64,000 nt of DNA from Takakia lepidozioides (GCA_030704615.1 CM060732.1:310001-374000), one strand, 5' to 3'. Counted from the first letter of the stretch, positions 26,870 to 40,540 are shown. The notes: generated by a model from the letters alone, not told the origin. Program-made: numbers and translations.

Positions 26870-28020
26870 GGCTGTGACGGGCTGTCCCTGTGGCCTTGGG
26901 GGCTGTGAGGGGCTGTGAGGGGCTGTGCCAGTGGCCTTGGGGGCTGTGCCGGGCTGCGCCGGTGGCCTTCGGGGCTGTGAGGGCCTGTGAGGGCCTGTGC
27001 CGGTGGCCTTCGGGGCTGTGAGGGCCTGTGACGGGCTGCGCCGGTGGCCTTGGGGGCTGTGATGGGCTGTGAGGGGCTGTGCCGGTGGCCTTTTGGGGCT
27101 GTCACGGGCTGCGCCCCTGGCCTTTGGGGCTGTGACAGGCTGTGCCCGTGGCCTTTGGGGCTGTGATGGGCTGTGAGGGGCTGTGAGGGGCTGTGACAGG
27201 CCGTGCCTGAGGCCTTTGGGGCTGTGACGGGCTGTGAGGGGTTGTGTCAGGCCGTGCCTGAGGCCTTTGGGGCTGTGACAGGCTGCGACAGGCTGTGCCC
27301 AGTGGCTTGTGGGGCTGTGACGGGCTGTGAGGGGCTTGACAGGCTGTGCCCCGTGGCCTGTGGGGCTGTGACGGGCTATAAGGGGCTGTGACAGGCTATG
27401 CCCTATGGCCTGTAGGGCTGTGACGGGCTGTGACAGGCTGTGGCGGGCTGTGCCCAGTGGCCTGTGGGGCTGTGATGGGCTGTGCGGGGCTTTTACAGGC
27501 TGTGGCGGGCTGTGACAGGCTGTGCCCTGTGGCCTGTGGGGTTGTGACAGGCTGTGACAGGCTGTGGCGAGCTGTGACAGGCTGTGATGGGCTGTGATGG
27601 GCTGTGGCGGGCTGTGACAGGCTGTGCCCTGTGGCCTGTGGGGCAGTGACGGGCTGTGACAGGCTGTGCCTAGTGGCCTGTGGGGCTGTGACGAGCTATG
27701 AGGGGCTGTGATAGGCTGTGCCCTATGGCCTGCGGGGCTATGACAGGCTATGGCGAGCTGTGACGGGCTGTGAGGGGCTGTGATAGGCTGCGGCCTTTGG
27801 GGCTGTGACCCTGTGACCTTTGTAGGGCTGTGACAGGCTGTGCATGTGGCCTTTGTGGTTGTGATGGGTTGTGACAGGCTGTGACATGTGGCCTTTGGGG
27901 CTGTGACAGGCTGCAGCCTGTGGGGCTGTGACCCTGTGACCTATGTAGGGCTGTGACAGGCTGTGGCCTGTGAGCTGTGTGGGCCTGTGCTGGTCTGTGG
28001 TGGCCCGTGTTGACCTGTGG
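26870..28020 (+). repeat. G-rich minisatellite (10-bp unit GGGCTGTGA(C/G), with GTGGCCT(T/G) spacers)
   Basis: About 1.15 kb of direct degenerate repeats within the retroelement leader. Confidence 0.95.
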
Positions 28021-28704
28021 ACGGCCTGTGCTAACTCGTGGAGGCACTGGTGGACTGCCTAAGGACTGATATGTGGTCTTGAAGGCCGAATTTTGAAGTT
28101 CGTGGAGGGTGGTTTGAGGAGTATCTTCATGATATTCCCATGGTCATGCAAGTGAGGGAAGAGATGAGAGGAAGAGTGTTGGGATGAGGGCATGCTGGGG
28201 TTAGGCATTGCTTTAGCTTCTCTTCCTCGTAGTTTCCACCCTCTCATTAGGCCAAGACCTTTCCATAGGTGGAGGCAAGAGTCAGTCCGGGTTTGGGCTG
28301 GGGTGTCCTTGCAGGAGCAACACCGTGGAGTTGTTTTTGGTGTGGGGGAGTTGTCATTCTGATTTCTTGTGTTTGGATCCCCTCCATACCTGCATGCTTG
28401 ACTGTGCGCCATGCTAGTTTTGTGTGGGCGCTTATTTTTATAGGTGATTGGTCCGGATTTGATCACCGGCCAGTCCTAGAGCATGCTGTTGATGGTGAGG
28501 CTGGGGTGATGACCAGCCAGACCATCATTGTTTCTCCTGTGGTGAGGTTGGAGGTGATGACCAGCCAACCATAGGAGTGTTTGCGGTGGATGCAGGTACA
28601 GGTGTAGGCTATGTTAGGAACTTAGTATTCCAAACCATAAGCCGCAATAGGTTCTCTACCCGGTTACCTTGTGGAGAGGGGGTTAGGGACATGTTCATGA
28701 CCGG

Positions 28705-30818
28705 TTGAGTGTCAACACGGAGGTGCCACTAGTTGCTGGGGACAGTGCCGGTTCGAGCACTAGCAATACTAGTGGGTACACGAGACGAGGTGTGTGGTTT
28801 AGGCCACCTTCACCTCCTGTGTCTTCTACGGAAGGTTCTGATTCGGATTGTGAATCAGGAGGACTCATACCGGCGGTGCAAGTTGTTTCTTTGCCATTGT
28901 TGTGGGACACAATGGAGGAGATGTATGGAGCTACCAAGGGGCCACGAAGATACTCTGGGGCAGTGGGCACCATCGAGTTGGATGATTTTATCCAAGAGTT
29001 TGATAGTTGGTGTGATTTGCAGCAAATGCGCAATCCACAACTATTTACAGGCTTCATGGCATGGAAGGGGCTGTTTCAGCACCTTGAGGGGCCGCCTATG
29101 GATGATTACCATGAGTTCAGGTGGGGGCATGAGGTTGAGATCGAGGAGTGGAGGATGTACTGGTCACCCGACTATGTCTCCATCACTAGGGGCACTAGAG
29201 CCACGAGGGCAGTGGCTACACCTGCCGCTGCACCGGCAGCTTCAGCAAGTAGCAGTGGGACTAGTGGGACTGGTGGTACAGTAGCTACGACGTCCACCCA
29301 AGCCACTACCGCACCAACACTAGTACCCGTGCCTGCCTTCAACCGTGTTGTGGAGTTCTTCGAAGAGTTGAGAGGGAACTACCAAGGGGTGAGGACAGAG
29401 AAGTTGCGGAGCTTGCAAGAGTTCCAACGGAAGCCGACCGAGAGCTTGAGGGAGGCTTTCACTCGCATGAGGTGCTTGATAAATGTAACCCAAGGGTTAC
29501 GGAAGCTCAGGCAGTCCAATTCTGGTATGGGATATTGGACAAGGAGCTGAGGAGAAGGGTGCGGGATGCAACTCTCCTACAAGCGGCCCAACCCACCTTA
29601 GCAAATGTGTTTTTGCTGGCAGAGCGGATAGAGCTCAACATGGTGGAGGAACGAGTGGTCATGGTGGGATTTGCTAAGGAGACACCACGGGGTAGTGGTG
29701 CTCCTAGCCAACCACTACCTCAACGTGCTCAAGGCAACAAGGGGGCTCAGGTGAAGCTCAGGGAAAGGCAGAGAGGACCTCAGATGCAGGGGTCTCTCCC
29801 TTCATTTGCTGGCCAACAACGGGCGGATGTGGTGTGCTGGACATGTGGAGGACCCCATGTCAAGAAGGATTGCCCAGAGGGAGGCAAAGGGCCGGCACAT
29901 GCACAGCCTGCACAGTTGCAGTGTGGGCATTGTGGCAAGCACAGGCATGGAGAGGCCCAGTGTTATGGTTTGCATCCTGAGTTGCGCCCAGACCAGTTCC
30001 AAGGGAACAATGGTGGCCGGGGGCGAGGTGGAGCAGCCCAGAGAGGACGAGGTGGCCAGCCATGAGGTGCAGGCCAAGGGCAAGCTCAACAGGGCCAAGG
30101 ACGCGGAGGTCAAGGTGTTGACCAAGGCATGGCCAACCGGCTTCAGCAGCTAGAGCAGAGGCTTGCTGCCATGGCTACAGCTCAGGTGGTACCGGCTCTA
30201 AGGCCGGATGATCCACCTCTTGCTCCTGAGGGAGGAGATATGGGAGGCATGGGATTCATGTGTGGATCAGCACTACCACTAGTGCAGGTGGAGTCTGCTG
30301 CAGCCGTGACTCGAGGAGCAGCACGAGTTCCTGAGCCACGAGGTGCAGAGGTGGAGTTGGATCCACAGCGTGGGGAGGCAAGCCGTCAGGCTAGGCTTCC
30401 TCAGTCATTCACATTGGCGAAGACAGTGTCGACGCCATCCATGGCACCTAGCTCTCGCCCGACTGTTACCGAGGCGGAGGTTACTATGTCATTGGGGAGA
30501 GCTACACGAGTAGCACCACTACCTAGTGTTGCCAAGGCTACGGCAGCTAGTGTGCTGCTAGGAGCGGCCACATTTGTGTGTCAGGCTCCATTGTTCTCGG
30601 CTACCATGATTGCGACGCCGGGGGTAAGACCAGCTGAGGTGTTCAGGCTGGCAGCTACACTCTGTGAGAATGGGGAGGTTACTTCATCTTCTGCGGAGAT
30701 AGTGGGAGGTATAGTGCCGGAGGGATCCTCGGATTTGAGGGTCAAGACTGCCACGGCGGCGCCATGGCAAACTGCAGCTGCCAGGTTGATGGAGCTGCCA
30801 GCTAGGCCAGCCATTGAG
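28705..30818 (+). pseudogene. Gag with two zinc knuckles
   Basis: LQEFQRKPTESLREAFTRMR; CWTCGGPHVKKDC and CGHCGKHRHGEAQC; RGG-rich stretch. Frameshift near 29490 and stop at 30063. Confidence 0.85.
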
Positions 30819-31228
30819 TCTATAGGAAGCTGACTCCTCCCAAAAATCCAGGGTGAAGCCCATGGGGTACAACACTACCCCACCAACCAGGACATCGTAT
30901 GAGACCGCGTCTGTCACAATGGCCTTGGCTCGCATCACTGAGCCATCTGTAGGGTGATCCGGCCGTAGTCTGATAGCCAACTCACGCCGTGTCATGCCCC
31001 GAGCCTGCTCCGATCCTCCCAGAGACGTCTGTATCTGGAAAGGACAAGGCTCCATATCCGCCTCCGTGAGGCCCAAGCCTGCAATAGCAGCTCTGCCCAG
31101 CATCAATGGCTGAGCTCCCGAGTCCAACAAGACCCGCGGTGGCCGGTACCTCTTGCTTGCCGGTCCACTCAAACAGAAATGCCATCCTGGTTGTCTAACA
31201 TGACAACTCCAGGTGTCACCATGGCGCT
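30819..31228 (-). pseudogene. Retropepsin aspartic protease, locally inverted
   Basis: VLLDSGAQPLMLG ... YDVLVGGVVL on the minus strand, between plus-strand gag (..PAIE) and pol (WQSGEGRRVQLPV). Confidence 0.85.
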
Positions 31229-31619
31229 GCATGGCAGTCAGGGGAGGGCCGGCGTGTGCAGCTCCCTGTGACGTTCATAGGAGGAGTTGCGGTTGCCCAG
31301 CGAGACAAGATGCCGACACTAGCAGCATTCACAGCGGAAGTGAGTTGGCCTAGAGAGTTGCTTGAGGGCAACGCTCATTCAGAGGATGTGCCACCTCCGG
31401 GAGAGCAGGATGACATGTATGGTATGGCGGAGTTGCCTACCATGGTTGCTCAGACTCAATTGTGGGGCACGAGCAAGGATTTGCAGCGGGATGCTGATCG
31501 ACGGGTGCAACAAGCCTGGGTGGAGGCTTTTGTACCGTCAGGAGAGGAGGAGAGTGCGGGGATTGCACCAAGACCACCTCAGTTGTCTCCATTGGACACC
31601 ACACATATTGTGTGGCAGT

Positions 31620-32600
31620 ATCCAGATGAAGGCATTTGTCTTCTGGACTTGTTTGGCGGGATCAGCACCGGATTGGCTGTTGTGTTACAGGCAGGTGTAC
31701 GAGTTCGGCGTTACCTGTATGTGGAGAGGGATGAGACTGCACGACGCGTTTCACTTCGCCATGTTGCTCAGTTGGTGCAGCGGTACCCTGAGTTGTTGTC
31801 GGTGTTTGCAATTCGTGGATATCAGCAGGCCTTGCCAGCAGACATTTCGTTGTTGGGGACGCAGGATTTGGAGCGGGTTGGCTCCATTGATCTGGTAGTG
31901 GCAGGTTGGCCCTGCCAAGAGCATTCATCAGTCGGGCATGGCAATGGATTGCGAGACTCGAGGTCGGGTCTGTTTTGGGAGATGGTGCGGGTTTTGCGCC
32001 ACTTGCAGCTTCATCAAGCTGTATCTCCAGCATACATCTTGGAGAATGTGCCGCTGATGGGCGATTCTCGGGCCAGGGTGATGGCCAGTGTGCATCAAGT
32101 CCGGTCGTGGCTTGGGTCAGCAGTGTTGCTAGATGCAGCTACAGTGGGGTCACGGGCTCATCGTCCACGGCTATGGTGGACTAACTTGATGCACCCGCAC
32201 TGCTCAAGCGTGCATTTGATGGGGTGCAGCGGCCAGTACATCTCACAGTGGATAGCATTCTGGACACAGGGAGGCAGTCTCAACGTGTAAGACACGATGA
32301 CCGTTTGCCTTTGGCAGTGGTCAACAAGGTGGGTCAACCACGAGCAGCATTACCTACACTGCTCAGCTTCCCAGGATCGCATGCTTTCTGGGATAGTGGA
32401 CCTGGCCTCCTGTGGGATGCTCAGTTGCAACAGTTAGTGGAGCCTAATGCTGACGAGCGTGAGCGGGCAATGGATTTTACCACTGGTACCACGGCGGTGT
32501 CGTCTCTTTCTAAGGCATCACGTCCTCAAGTGTTGGGGCAAGCGATGGATCTCAATTGCTTGACCTGGATTATCAGCTTGGCTAGGGCTGAGCAACGCAG
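31620..32600 (+). pseudogene. DNMT3-like C5 cytosine DNA methyltransferase domain within pol
   Basis: Motif I LDLFGGI (31643), II YVERD, III ADIS, IV DLVVAGWPCQ (PCQ at 31910), SGLFWE, VI YILENV (32042), VIII RAHRPRLWWTNL, IX ERERAMDF, X LGQAMD (32533). One frameshift near 32195. Confidence 0.9.
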
Positions 32601-33049
32601 AGTGCGGAGTACACTTCCCTTGATGGTCTCTCTGCCTACCAAGACGGTACAGGCAGTGAGTGGGGGCGAGCATGTGAGGACCACGGGGTGCAGGCATCCA
32701 TGGCACAAGTGGGAGGTGCTCGAGGTTCAGAGGGAGTTGGCAGCCAAGGTGACGATGAAAGATGAGGTTGGGGATTTTTCTCGGGTGGAGGAAGTCATTG
32801 AGGATGAGATGATGGGGCAGGATGAGGCCTTGTCACTGACTGAGCAGGTAGGGAGTACTGCTCAAGAGGTTGCAACATAGCAACCACTGGATGCGTCATC
32901 TACCTCTAAGCCCACTGGACTTAAGGTTGCAGTTACGGAGGACAATTGGGAGCCTGACATTGGACCCATTGTCACCGGAGGAGAGAGACGACGTATACGG
33001 CGGTTCCTGAGGGCTTACAGGAATTGCTTTGCCTTCAGTTTGAAGGACT

Positions 33050-34400
33050 TAGGAGCACTGAAGGGTCAAGAGATCCGTATTGAGTTGGCCACTGACACGC
33101 CAATCTTTCGGAGACCCTATAGATACAGTGACATGGAGAGGTTTTGATTCAGATGAGGACTCAAGATCTCTGGGAGGCAGGTTTGGTGGAGCTCTCTGGT
33201 GGAGAGTATGTTTCAGCCACAGTGATGCCAGCCAAGAAGGATGTCTATGGCAATTGGACGGAGAGACGTATGTGCGGTGATTACCGGCCTGTAAATCGTC
33301 AGACCAAGTCCGATAAGTATGCCATGCCAACACCAGAGGAGATCTTTGATGCCATCGGGCATGCTAAGATCTTTAGCACTTTGGATTTACGATCCGGATA
33401 TCACCCGTTGCCAATCAAGGAGGCGGACAAGCAGAAGACGACATTCTGGGGGATCAATGAGCACGGCAAGGATTGCCTATATCAGTGGCGGTTCTTACCA
33501 TTTGGGCTTAAGAATGCTCCTGCAGAGTTTCAGAAAGTCATGGATAGGATTCTAGCAGGGGTGGACTTTGCTCGGTGCTACATAGATGACATCATCATCT
33601 TTAGTGTTACGATGGAGGAGCATGAGAGGCACCTTCAGGTGGTATTGGAGCGCTTGAGAGCGCACGAATTGAAGTTGCATCCAGGGAAGTGCAAGTTTTT
33701 CCACAACCAGATTGAGTATCTGGGTCACATGATATATCCTGGAGGATTGGGGGTATAGCAGACTAAGGTAGAGGCCATTGCACAAATTCCACGCCCCACG
33801 GATGTGAGCCGAGTTCGAGCTTTCATGGGGTTGGCAAACTATTATAGACGGTTTGTCAAGGGATTTAGTACCATTGCAAAGGCTCTAACCAAGCTGGCCA
33901 AGGTGGACCAGGAGTGGCAGTGGGAAGATGAGCAGGAACGAGCTTTTCAAGAGCTCAAGGCGAGGTTGACCTCGGCGTCTATCCTGAGACGACCTATCAA
34001 GGGGCCTCCCTTTCAGCTGTATACGGATTGGAGCATGTTGGGGCTTGGAGCGGTGCTCACACAGGTGGATGATGAGGGAAGAGAGTTCGTAGTGGCTTAT
34101 GCTAGCCGCTCAAACAACACTGCAGAGGCTAAGTACAGCTCATATGAGGGAGAGTGCTTAGCTGTAGTGTGGGCCGTGGCACACTTCAGGTGCTATTTAT
34201 AAGGCAATCTTTTCACCTTTGTCACGGATCACCAGCCACTCAAGTGGTTGTTGGAGTGAGACAAGCTTACGGAGAAGCTTGCACGGTAGGCACTCAAACT
34301 CCAGGAGTATGACTTTCAGGTTGTGCATCGATCGGGTTTGGTCAATCGGGATGCGGATGGATTGAATCGCAATCCATGCATAAGCCAGCAGGATGACACT
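33050..34400 (+). pseudogene. Ty3/Gypsy reverse transcriptase and RNase H
   Basis: RMCGDYRPVN, FSTLDLRSGYH, LPFGLKNAPAEFQ, YIDDIIIFS, YLGH; FMGLANYYRRFV, YTDWS, VVAYASR, YSSYEGECLA. Several stop codons. Confidence 0.95.
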
Positions 34401-34771
34401 GGAGCTCGGTGGCATGGTGAGACGAACGAGGAGATGGTGTCAGGATGACACGCATCTGCATTTTTGTGTATCTTGGCATTGGGAGGTTAGGTTGGACCTA
34501 CAACAGGGATGACTGTAGATGGAATGTCTGAGGACCCTGAGGCTAGTGATGAGCCAGGTGGTGCCAGAGATATACATGAGGATTCGGCTGTGTTGGACTA
34601 CCTCCGCACGGGAGACACGGCAGCCACTGTGACTGCCAGGGAGAGGGATCGGATCCTGCACGGGCCAAGAGGTTCAAGTGGAAGGGGATACACCTACTTC
34701 GAGTGTGGGAGGATGGTCGGGTGAGGATTGTGCCTCACCCCACACAGCGTGCACGGTTAGTGCGGCATGCC

Positions 34772-35040
34772 CCTGGGGGGTGCACTCTTTATAAACTGTG
34801 CGTATCACGTGCGTTCGTCGCCTAATAAAAAAACCCCATGTATACGGGTCCTTGGATAATTTATACCCCCTCTGTACATATTTTTTGAAGATTATAAAAC
34901 CCCCTCCTGTAAATATACAAGAATTTACAATTTTTAAAAAGTACCCCCTTCTGTATGTATATTCTCATTTTCCATCATTAAAAATAACCCTCCAATATGT
35001 ATATGTATGTTTTTATATTATATCGAATTTATTCATTTAA
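34772..35040 (+). mobile_element. Left terminus of a large DNA transposon (TIR CCTGGGGGGTG)
   Basis: Preceded by GGCATGCC (34764-34771). Subterminal CCCCCT(C)CTGT / ACCCCATGTA motifs are shared with 61673-61815. Confidence 0.8.
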
Positions 35041-35064
35041 AACATAATAAAATATAACAAATAA

Positions 35065-38000
35065 TTAAAAAAAAATTGCCTTTGATAAAGTGTCAAAGAC
35101 TTTTCGGTCATTTGCATCAAGTACATATGTGTTTGACTTGACATTGTACTTTAAACATGCTAACGCGATAATGGAATCCAAATCAACCATCATGTTATCC
35201 GTCAAATCGTACGTATAGACCCCTCCTCGAAATTTTTGGTACCATGCTAACCCAATCTCCATATGAGAAGGACGCTCCAATAAATCAACAAAATCCCTAC
35301 ATTCTACAAACCGCTTATTGATTTTCTTCCGCATTCTTTGAACCCTGCCTAAATACCAAGTGCCTTTGGTTGCTCCTCTCCAGGTTTTCCCTGGTCTGCC
35401 TTTCCTGTTTGTAGTTTGGATCGCAGTCTCCTCATCAACAAAAAATACAGCACAATCCGAACCCAATCCCAAGCTCGTGGCTTTGTTGTTGGTAGTTGGT
35501 TTGTTTTCTCGGCAAAACAACATCGATGCACTTCTTACTCGTGTCAATCTATCCTTGGATAGAGTAGGGTTGCCATTGAGTTGGCTAACCAAAGTGCTTT
35601 TGAATATGGTCTTCCCGTCTACTTTGACAAATGGAACCACCGCCTTCGGTCCATCTTTCTCTTGTTCAAACTCATCAATGACAGCATCCAGAGTATGTCT
35701 CAATTCACTTTGAATAAGTACCTCTTCCGCATGATCATCCAAAGGTTGGCTCAAAACATCCTCCATTGAATTCGAAGGCCCGCACACCAATTCATCTTCC
35801 ACGACCTCATTTTGAATATGTGTGTCTGCATTAAGAGGACAAATAGAATCTATGGCATCGACATCATCACCCTCCTCTTCCATGCTTTTGAATAGCTCGG
35901 CCTCCATTTGTCTCTCAATTGTCCATGGCTCATTCCACCAATCCAAGTTTGTCGCTTTGTTTGGTTTCATCCCAAGTTTATGGCATAAAAGTTGCGCTTC
36001 TAGAAATCCAGTTTTCATAGCCTCCACAATGCATTATCCGATTGGACAGTAGAAAAGTCGGACAAATCAGCAAGGGGGATACCTGGCTTCTTCTCCAAAG
36101 AAAACCAAATGTGTCTTGTTTCTTGTGAGCTCTTGAGAACTTGGGTCCTTTTGGATTCACCTCGAACTCGGATATGCGTGTTAATGCTCCCACACTCTCA
36201 ATCAAATCACACCCGTCATATGTCCTCTCATTCCGTAACATACCTCCCACTTTGCTGAAGAATATTTCACATACATCTGAACCAACACGGCTCAAAGGAA
36301 CTTGCACATGATTAAACTTATCCTTGAACAATTTGATAAGTAGAACCACGTAGTGCATGAAATTTGTAAATCCAAGTATGCTTCCCTGCTAATGAAGAAG
36401 ATTTCAGATTATACACCACGTGGTGGAATAACCACAACTCCACAATCTGAAAAAAACGATACCTTCGCAGCAGATTGTACCCTCTCACACAATGACATGT
36501 GAGGAGACAAAAAAATGTCGATGTAGCATGAAATGATGTATAGGTAAATTTCAGTACCTTTGGTCCTCTCCCTTCGATGATTCACAGTTGATTGTAACTC
36601 CCTCAAACAAGCTTGCACCTTCCGAGATGCCAGTCGTTGAGCTGCTGCCCAATTCTGTCGATCTTCTCTTTTGATATCACATTCCCGAAGTCCATGCTTG
36701 TCCACTGAAAATGAATGGTAGACCAATAACACATGATTCAATGTAGCAACCTCATCACCCAACACCAAAGTCCGTGATGCACTGTCCAAGGGATTTACCA
36801 ATTTTTTCCCATTGTGGATGAAGTCCTGATCATGGAGTCCGTATATATCTCCCCCGTTGCACACTCGACCTGTAAACAACCATCCTTCCCAAGGGATGCA
36901 AAATCTACTTAAAGCCCCATTGGCATAATCTTCTAACATCACTTTTCTCCTCCTACTATCTCCGTCTGAAGCATGCCCAATTATAGGCCCAACCACGTCC
37001 CTCACATATTTGTCCCACAACTGTCTCACCACTTCCCATTGTGATCTCACAAAATTGTTGTCAAATCTATTGCAAGTGAGCTGGATTACCAATACCAATC
37101 GAGGTAATCGTACATGTAGAAGATTTGCTATCAACACTCTGGCGTAATGGGCAACCACATTGCTTTTGAATGCCTCCACAATATGTTCGTACCCTGATTC
37201 CTCTTCTCCCACTTACACCACAAAATTTGAAATACATACATGGTTGTCTTGAAGCCCACAGAACCCGAGAAGGGTGTCATCCCTAGCAATCCAACGTACC
37301 AATCGCTTCACAACAGTTTCATCTTCGGCCACCATCACTGGGATGCTTCCCATTGGAATATTTGCATCTTCCATCACATCTCTGTAAATTCAGCCACATG
37401 CTGAAATATATCATCCCTTTCTCCCGCTTGTACTTCAAACCTTTCCTCAAAGACCGTCTTGTAGTATCAATAGAAGGACCTTTGAAGCCAATCTAGACCA
37501 GACCTGTTTTTGCCCATATCAACAAGAAAATCCCACAAACTTTCTTTTCCTTCAAAATCCCCCCTCCTATGTGCATCAACAATATCACGACAAAATTTGA
37601 GAACATCTCCTCTTTCAATTGCCTCAATCCCAGACTCCTTCAAACTCCTACATCGCACAGACAAGGATGCCACTTTGGTCCTGGCCTCCCACAATTTGAA
37701 CCTCAACTGTCTCAACTCCTGTCTGTTTTTGTAAACTTGTTTGACAATCTCGGCATTTCCAAGATATGACAACCTTCTTCCCTTGCCAGTATCTCTCTCC
37801 CCTCTACATTCTATGCACCTCTTTCTCTATATACCCTCATTCTGAAGTCATTTTCCAAGGGAATGGAAGAACATGCTGAACATCTCAAGTTTGGAAATGG
37901 CTCCCCATCTAATGACACTCTAAAACAATCCGCGTGCCGAAACGTACCAACAACCTTATGCTCTTGATTGGTTAGAGTGATGGTTGCATTTGTCAACGGC

Positions 38001-39418
38001 TCGACATACCACTTCTTTCCTCCCTTGCTATCTTGAAGGAATGGTTTCAGACTTATTCTCTGCTGGTTGTACTCCCACCATTCATCCCATAGGCCCCAAC
38101 ACAAACTGTCTCTTCCTTTGTTGCATTGGGACCTTTGCTGTAATTGTCAATCCTCGATCAGATCTGCCCGTTGGGCAGTGTCAACACAAGTGTATGGAGT
38201 TTGTGACGAGGATGCTCCCATTGTTGATGCCACAATTGGATTGTCAAGTGGTGGGGACGGCAACACAGGTTGACTGACCAAGAAAGAGCTTAGATCCCAT
38301 TGCTTTACATCTTTGGCAATCATAGGCTTTGGAGGCCTTCCTCTTTTTTTGCACAGTCCTTCACTACTTCCAACCTTCTGGCAAATCTCTGCATCGACAT
38401 GAGTTTTTCCTTTCACATGCTCTGTCAAAGAAGATTGCAAAGAACCTGTCCTTGGAAACAAGAGTAGCCACTTCGAATCAAGTGGGCACCTAATCCTTAT
38501 GGAACCCAACTGCGAATAGTCTCCAATTGTGGCTTCCACAATCTCAAATCTGTTTCCAGGATTGTCCTCACAAAACCGAGCGACTTCCTCTAATGCCTCC
38601 TTCACCCTGTTCTTCTTTGCATCAAATGCTTCATCTGCATTTACAGGGCTGATGACACATTGTGATGAACCCTTCCCATGACGCCTCTCATAGGCTATGC
38701 GATGCCCCTCACTCCTCAAATGAGATCTCATAAAGTTTGCACATGCATCATATGGTACGTTTTTCCCAGACCGTGCATAAACATCCTCACACTCAACACA
38801 CCATATGTGGAACATTGCTTGTCCTTGTTGATCCTTTGTCATCAGCTCAAACTTGTCACATCGTCCTTCTACAGAGATTTTCCTTTCAACGGCTCTAATA
38901 TCTTTCTGCCATTTTTGAATATCGTTGGATGTAGCCAACGTGCTGCACAATCTACCAGATCTCTGCTGAAGTGCATGCTCATGTGCATGGTCTTCATTTC
39001 CACCATCGCCAGCAAAGGGTGTATTAGGGTCCATCCTCATCTTGGTAGACACTGGTGCCGAGTCCTCGCCTGGTCTGTCCTCATGCAAGATCGTAAAACC
39101 ACTGGAAGATAGAGGTCTTTTCAATCCTTGGTCCCCATCATTTTGGTCTGAAATCTTAATGTGTACAGTATCCCCTTTCAGAACCATCCTCTCTTCCTGC
39201 TTGGCTGAAAGGACACTACCCCCCATGGAAAGGAAATGAAATTTTGCTGAGACAAGCTCATCACCTAGAATTTCTGCTCGGATGCATTTGTATGTGACAC
39301 CTTGCATAGTGAACACATAACCAAGCCTGTTTGGTGATGCATCTCCTCCAACGAGCAGGACTTTTACTTCCAACTCTTCTTCCATGATGAGTTCACCTGC
39401 AAAATGCAATGAAAACAT
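35065..39418 (-). pseudogene. P-element-like DDE transposase gene with N-terminal zinc fingers (frameshifted)
   Basis: Collinear motifs AEDETVVK (~37320), GHASDGDSRRR, QDFIHNGKK (D-x2-H), EDRQNWAAAQRL, RVGSDVCEIFFS. N-terminal CVEC..HLRSEGH and CPLD..HVKGKTH. Confidence 0.7.
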
Positions 39419-39619
39419 TTCAAATCAGACCTTGATAGACCAATAACAAAGCACCTGGGTTGGAAGGTTCCAAAGTCCTGTTTTATACAACCCTATAGGC
39501 TGTCCAATCAGGGACTACGTTGATAAGAGGATGAAATGTATACAGAAGCAAGTACCTGATTGATGAGTTTGACGTTGCTAATTCTTGCTGCTACTATTGA
39601 CCAAATGCTGCTATTTCCA

Positions 39620-40540
39620 CTGCTGATAGCCCTCTTGGGTGATCCTGAACCCACAGTCCATCCTTGCATCAGCGGCTACCCCTCCCTCCACACTAACATA
39701 TTTAAATACAAAGTTCTGTCAAACTCCCTACGATGTTGCATGAAGAAAGCTCACCTTGTTGACAATATTGTCCCACCGTTGTGGATCATATTTATAGAAC
39801 TCCTGCCAGCGCTGTTCCTTGCTCCAAATCTGGCCCTCTTGGATGATTTTGCACCCACGATCCTCTCCCTGCATCAACAGCTACCCCTCCCTCCACACTA
39901 ACAATGCGTACATCATGCCTCTGCAGCTGCTACAGTGGCTTCCAGTTGACCATCTACCCATGCAGGTTTCTTGTAGCTATCCTTCCACATGGAATCATAG
40001 GTAATCTGGAGCTTGGAATCCGGCCATCTGGAGATTTAGGGACGACTCTGATAACAGGGAAAAACAGGCTGAAATGTGTTGAAGAAGGTACCTTCATTAG
40101 CAGTCCCTTGTTCTATCAATTGCGCTGCTGCCGCTGCTATTTCCAGTTGACCATCTACTCACATTGTCCCACCACTGACTGGGGTCAGAGAAGTATTCAT
40201 TCCTTGAAAGCTTATCTCCATCTCTGTTATCTTTTTTTAGGTACTGTCATGCTGCCACCTCGGCAGTAACTTGCAAAGTCACTCCAAAGCACCGCAGATC
40301 CACCCAACGAGCTAACTTACAGAATTCAATACATATGCTTCAGGGCTGAGGAGGATGAGAGGAACAACAGGCTGAAACAGGTCAAACCAGAAGGTGCCCT
40401 CAGGCTGAAATGTATTGAAGAAGGTACCTTCATCAGCAATGCCTTGCTCTATCAATTGCGCTGTTGCCGCTGCTGTTTCCAATGGACCATCCACCCACAT
40501 TGTCCCACCATTGACTGGGGTCAGAAAAGTGTCAGATTCC
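39620..40540 (-). pseudogene. Rearranged OSB-PDF exon fragments
   Basis: NEYFSDPSQWWDN, WPDSKLQITYDSMWKDSYKKPAWVDGQLE and WQEFYKYDPQRWDNIVNK|GT, homologous to 8470-10185. Confidence 0.7.

Larger units (their letters stand above)
24993..34771 (+). mobile_element. 5' half of a Ty3/Gypsy LTR retrotransposon carrying a cytosine methyltransferase
   Basis: Starts TGTCAAG after TSD GCTT. Order is gag-PR-DNMT-RT-RNaseH-start of integrase (..RLVRHA|), cut by a DNA transposon at 34772. Confidence 0.9.

Noticed and set aside
26785-28047. Pro/Thr/Ala-rich ORFs
   Set aside because: These are translation artefacts of the minisatellite. The same applies to ORFs over 4273-4722, 45690-46038 and 55800-56501.
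24993-34771. DIRS/tyrosine-recombinase element (suggested by the MTase and split repeats)
   Set aside because: It has an aspartic protease, a DDE integrase, a polypurine tract and a TSD, and no tyrosine recombinase was seen.
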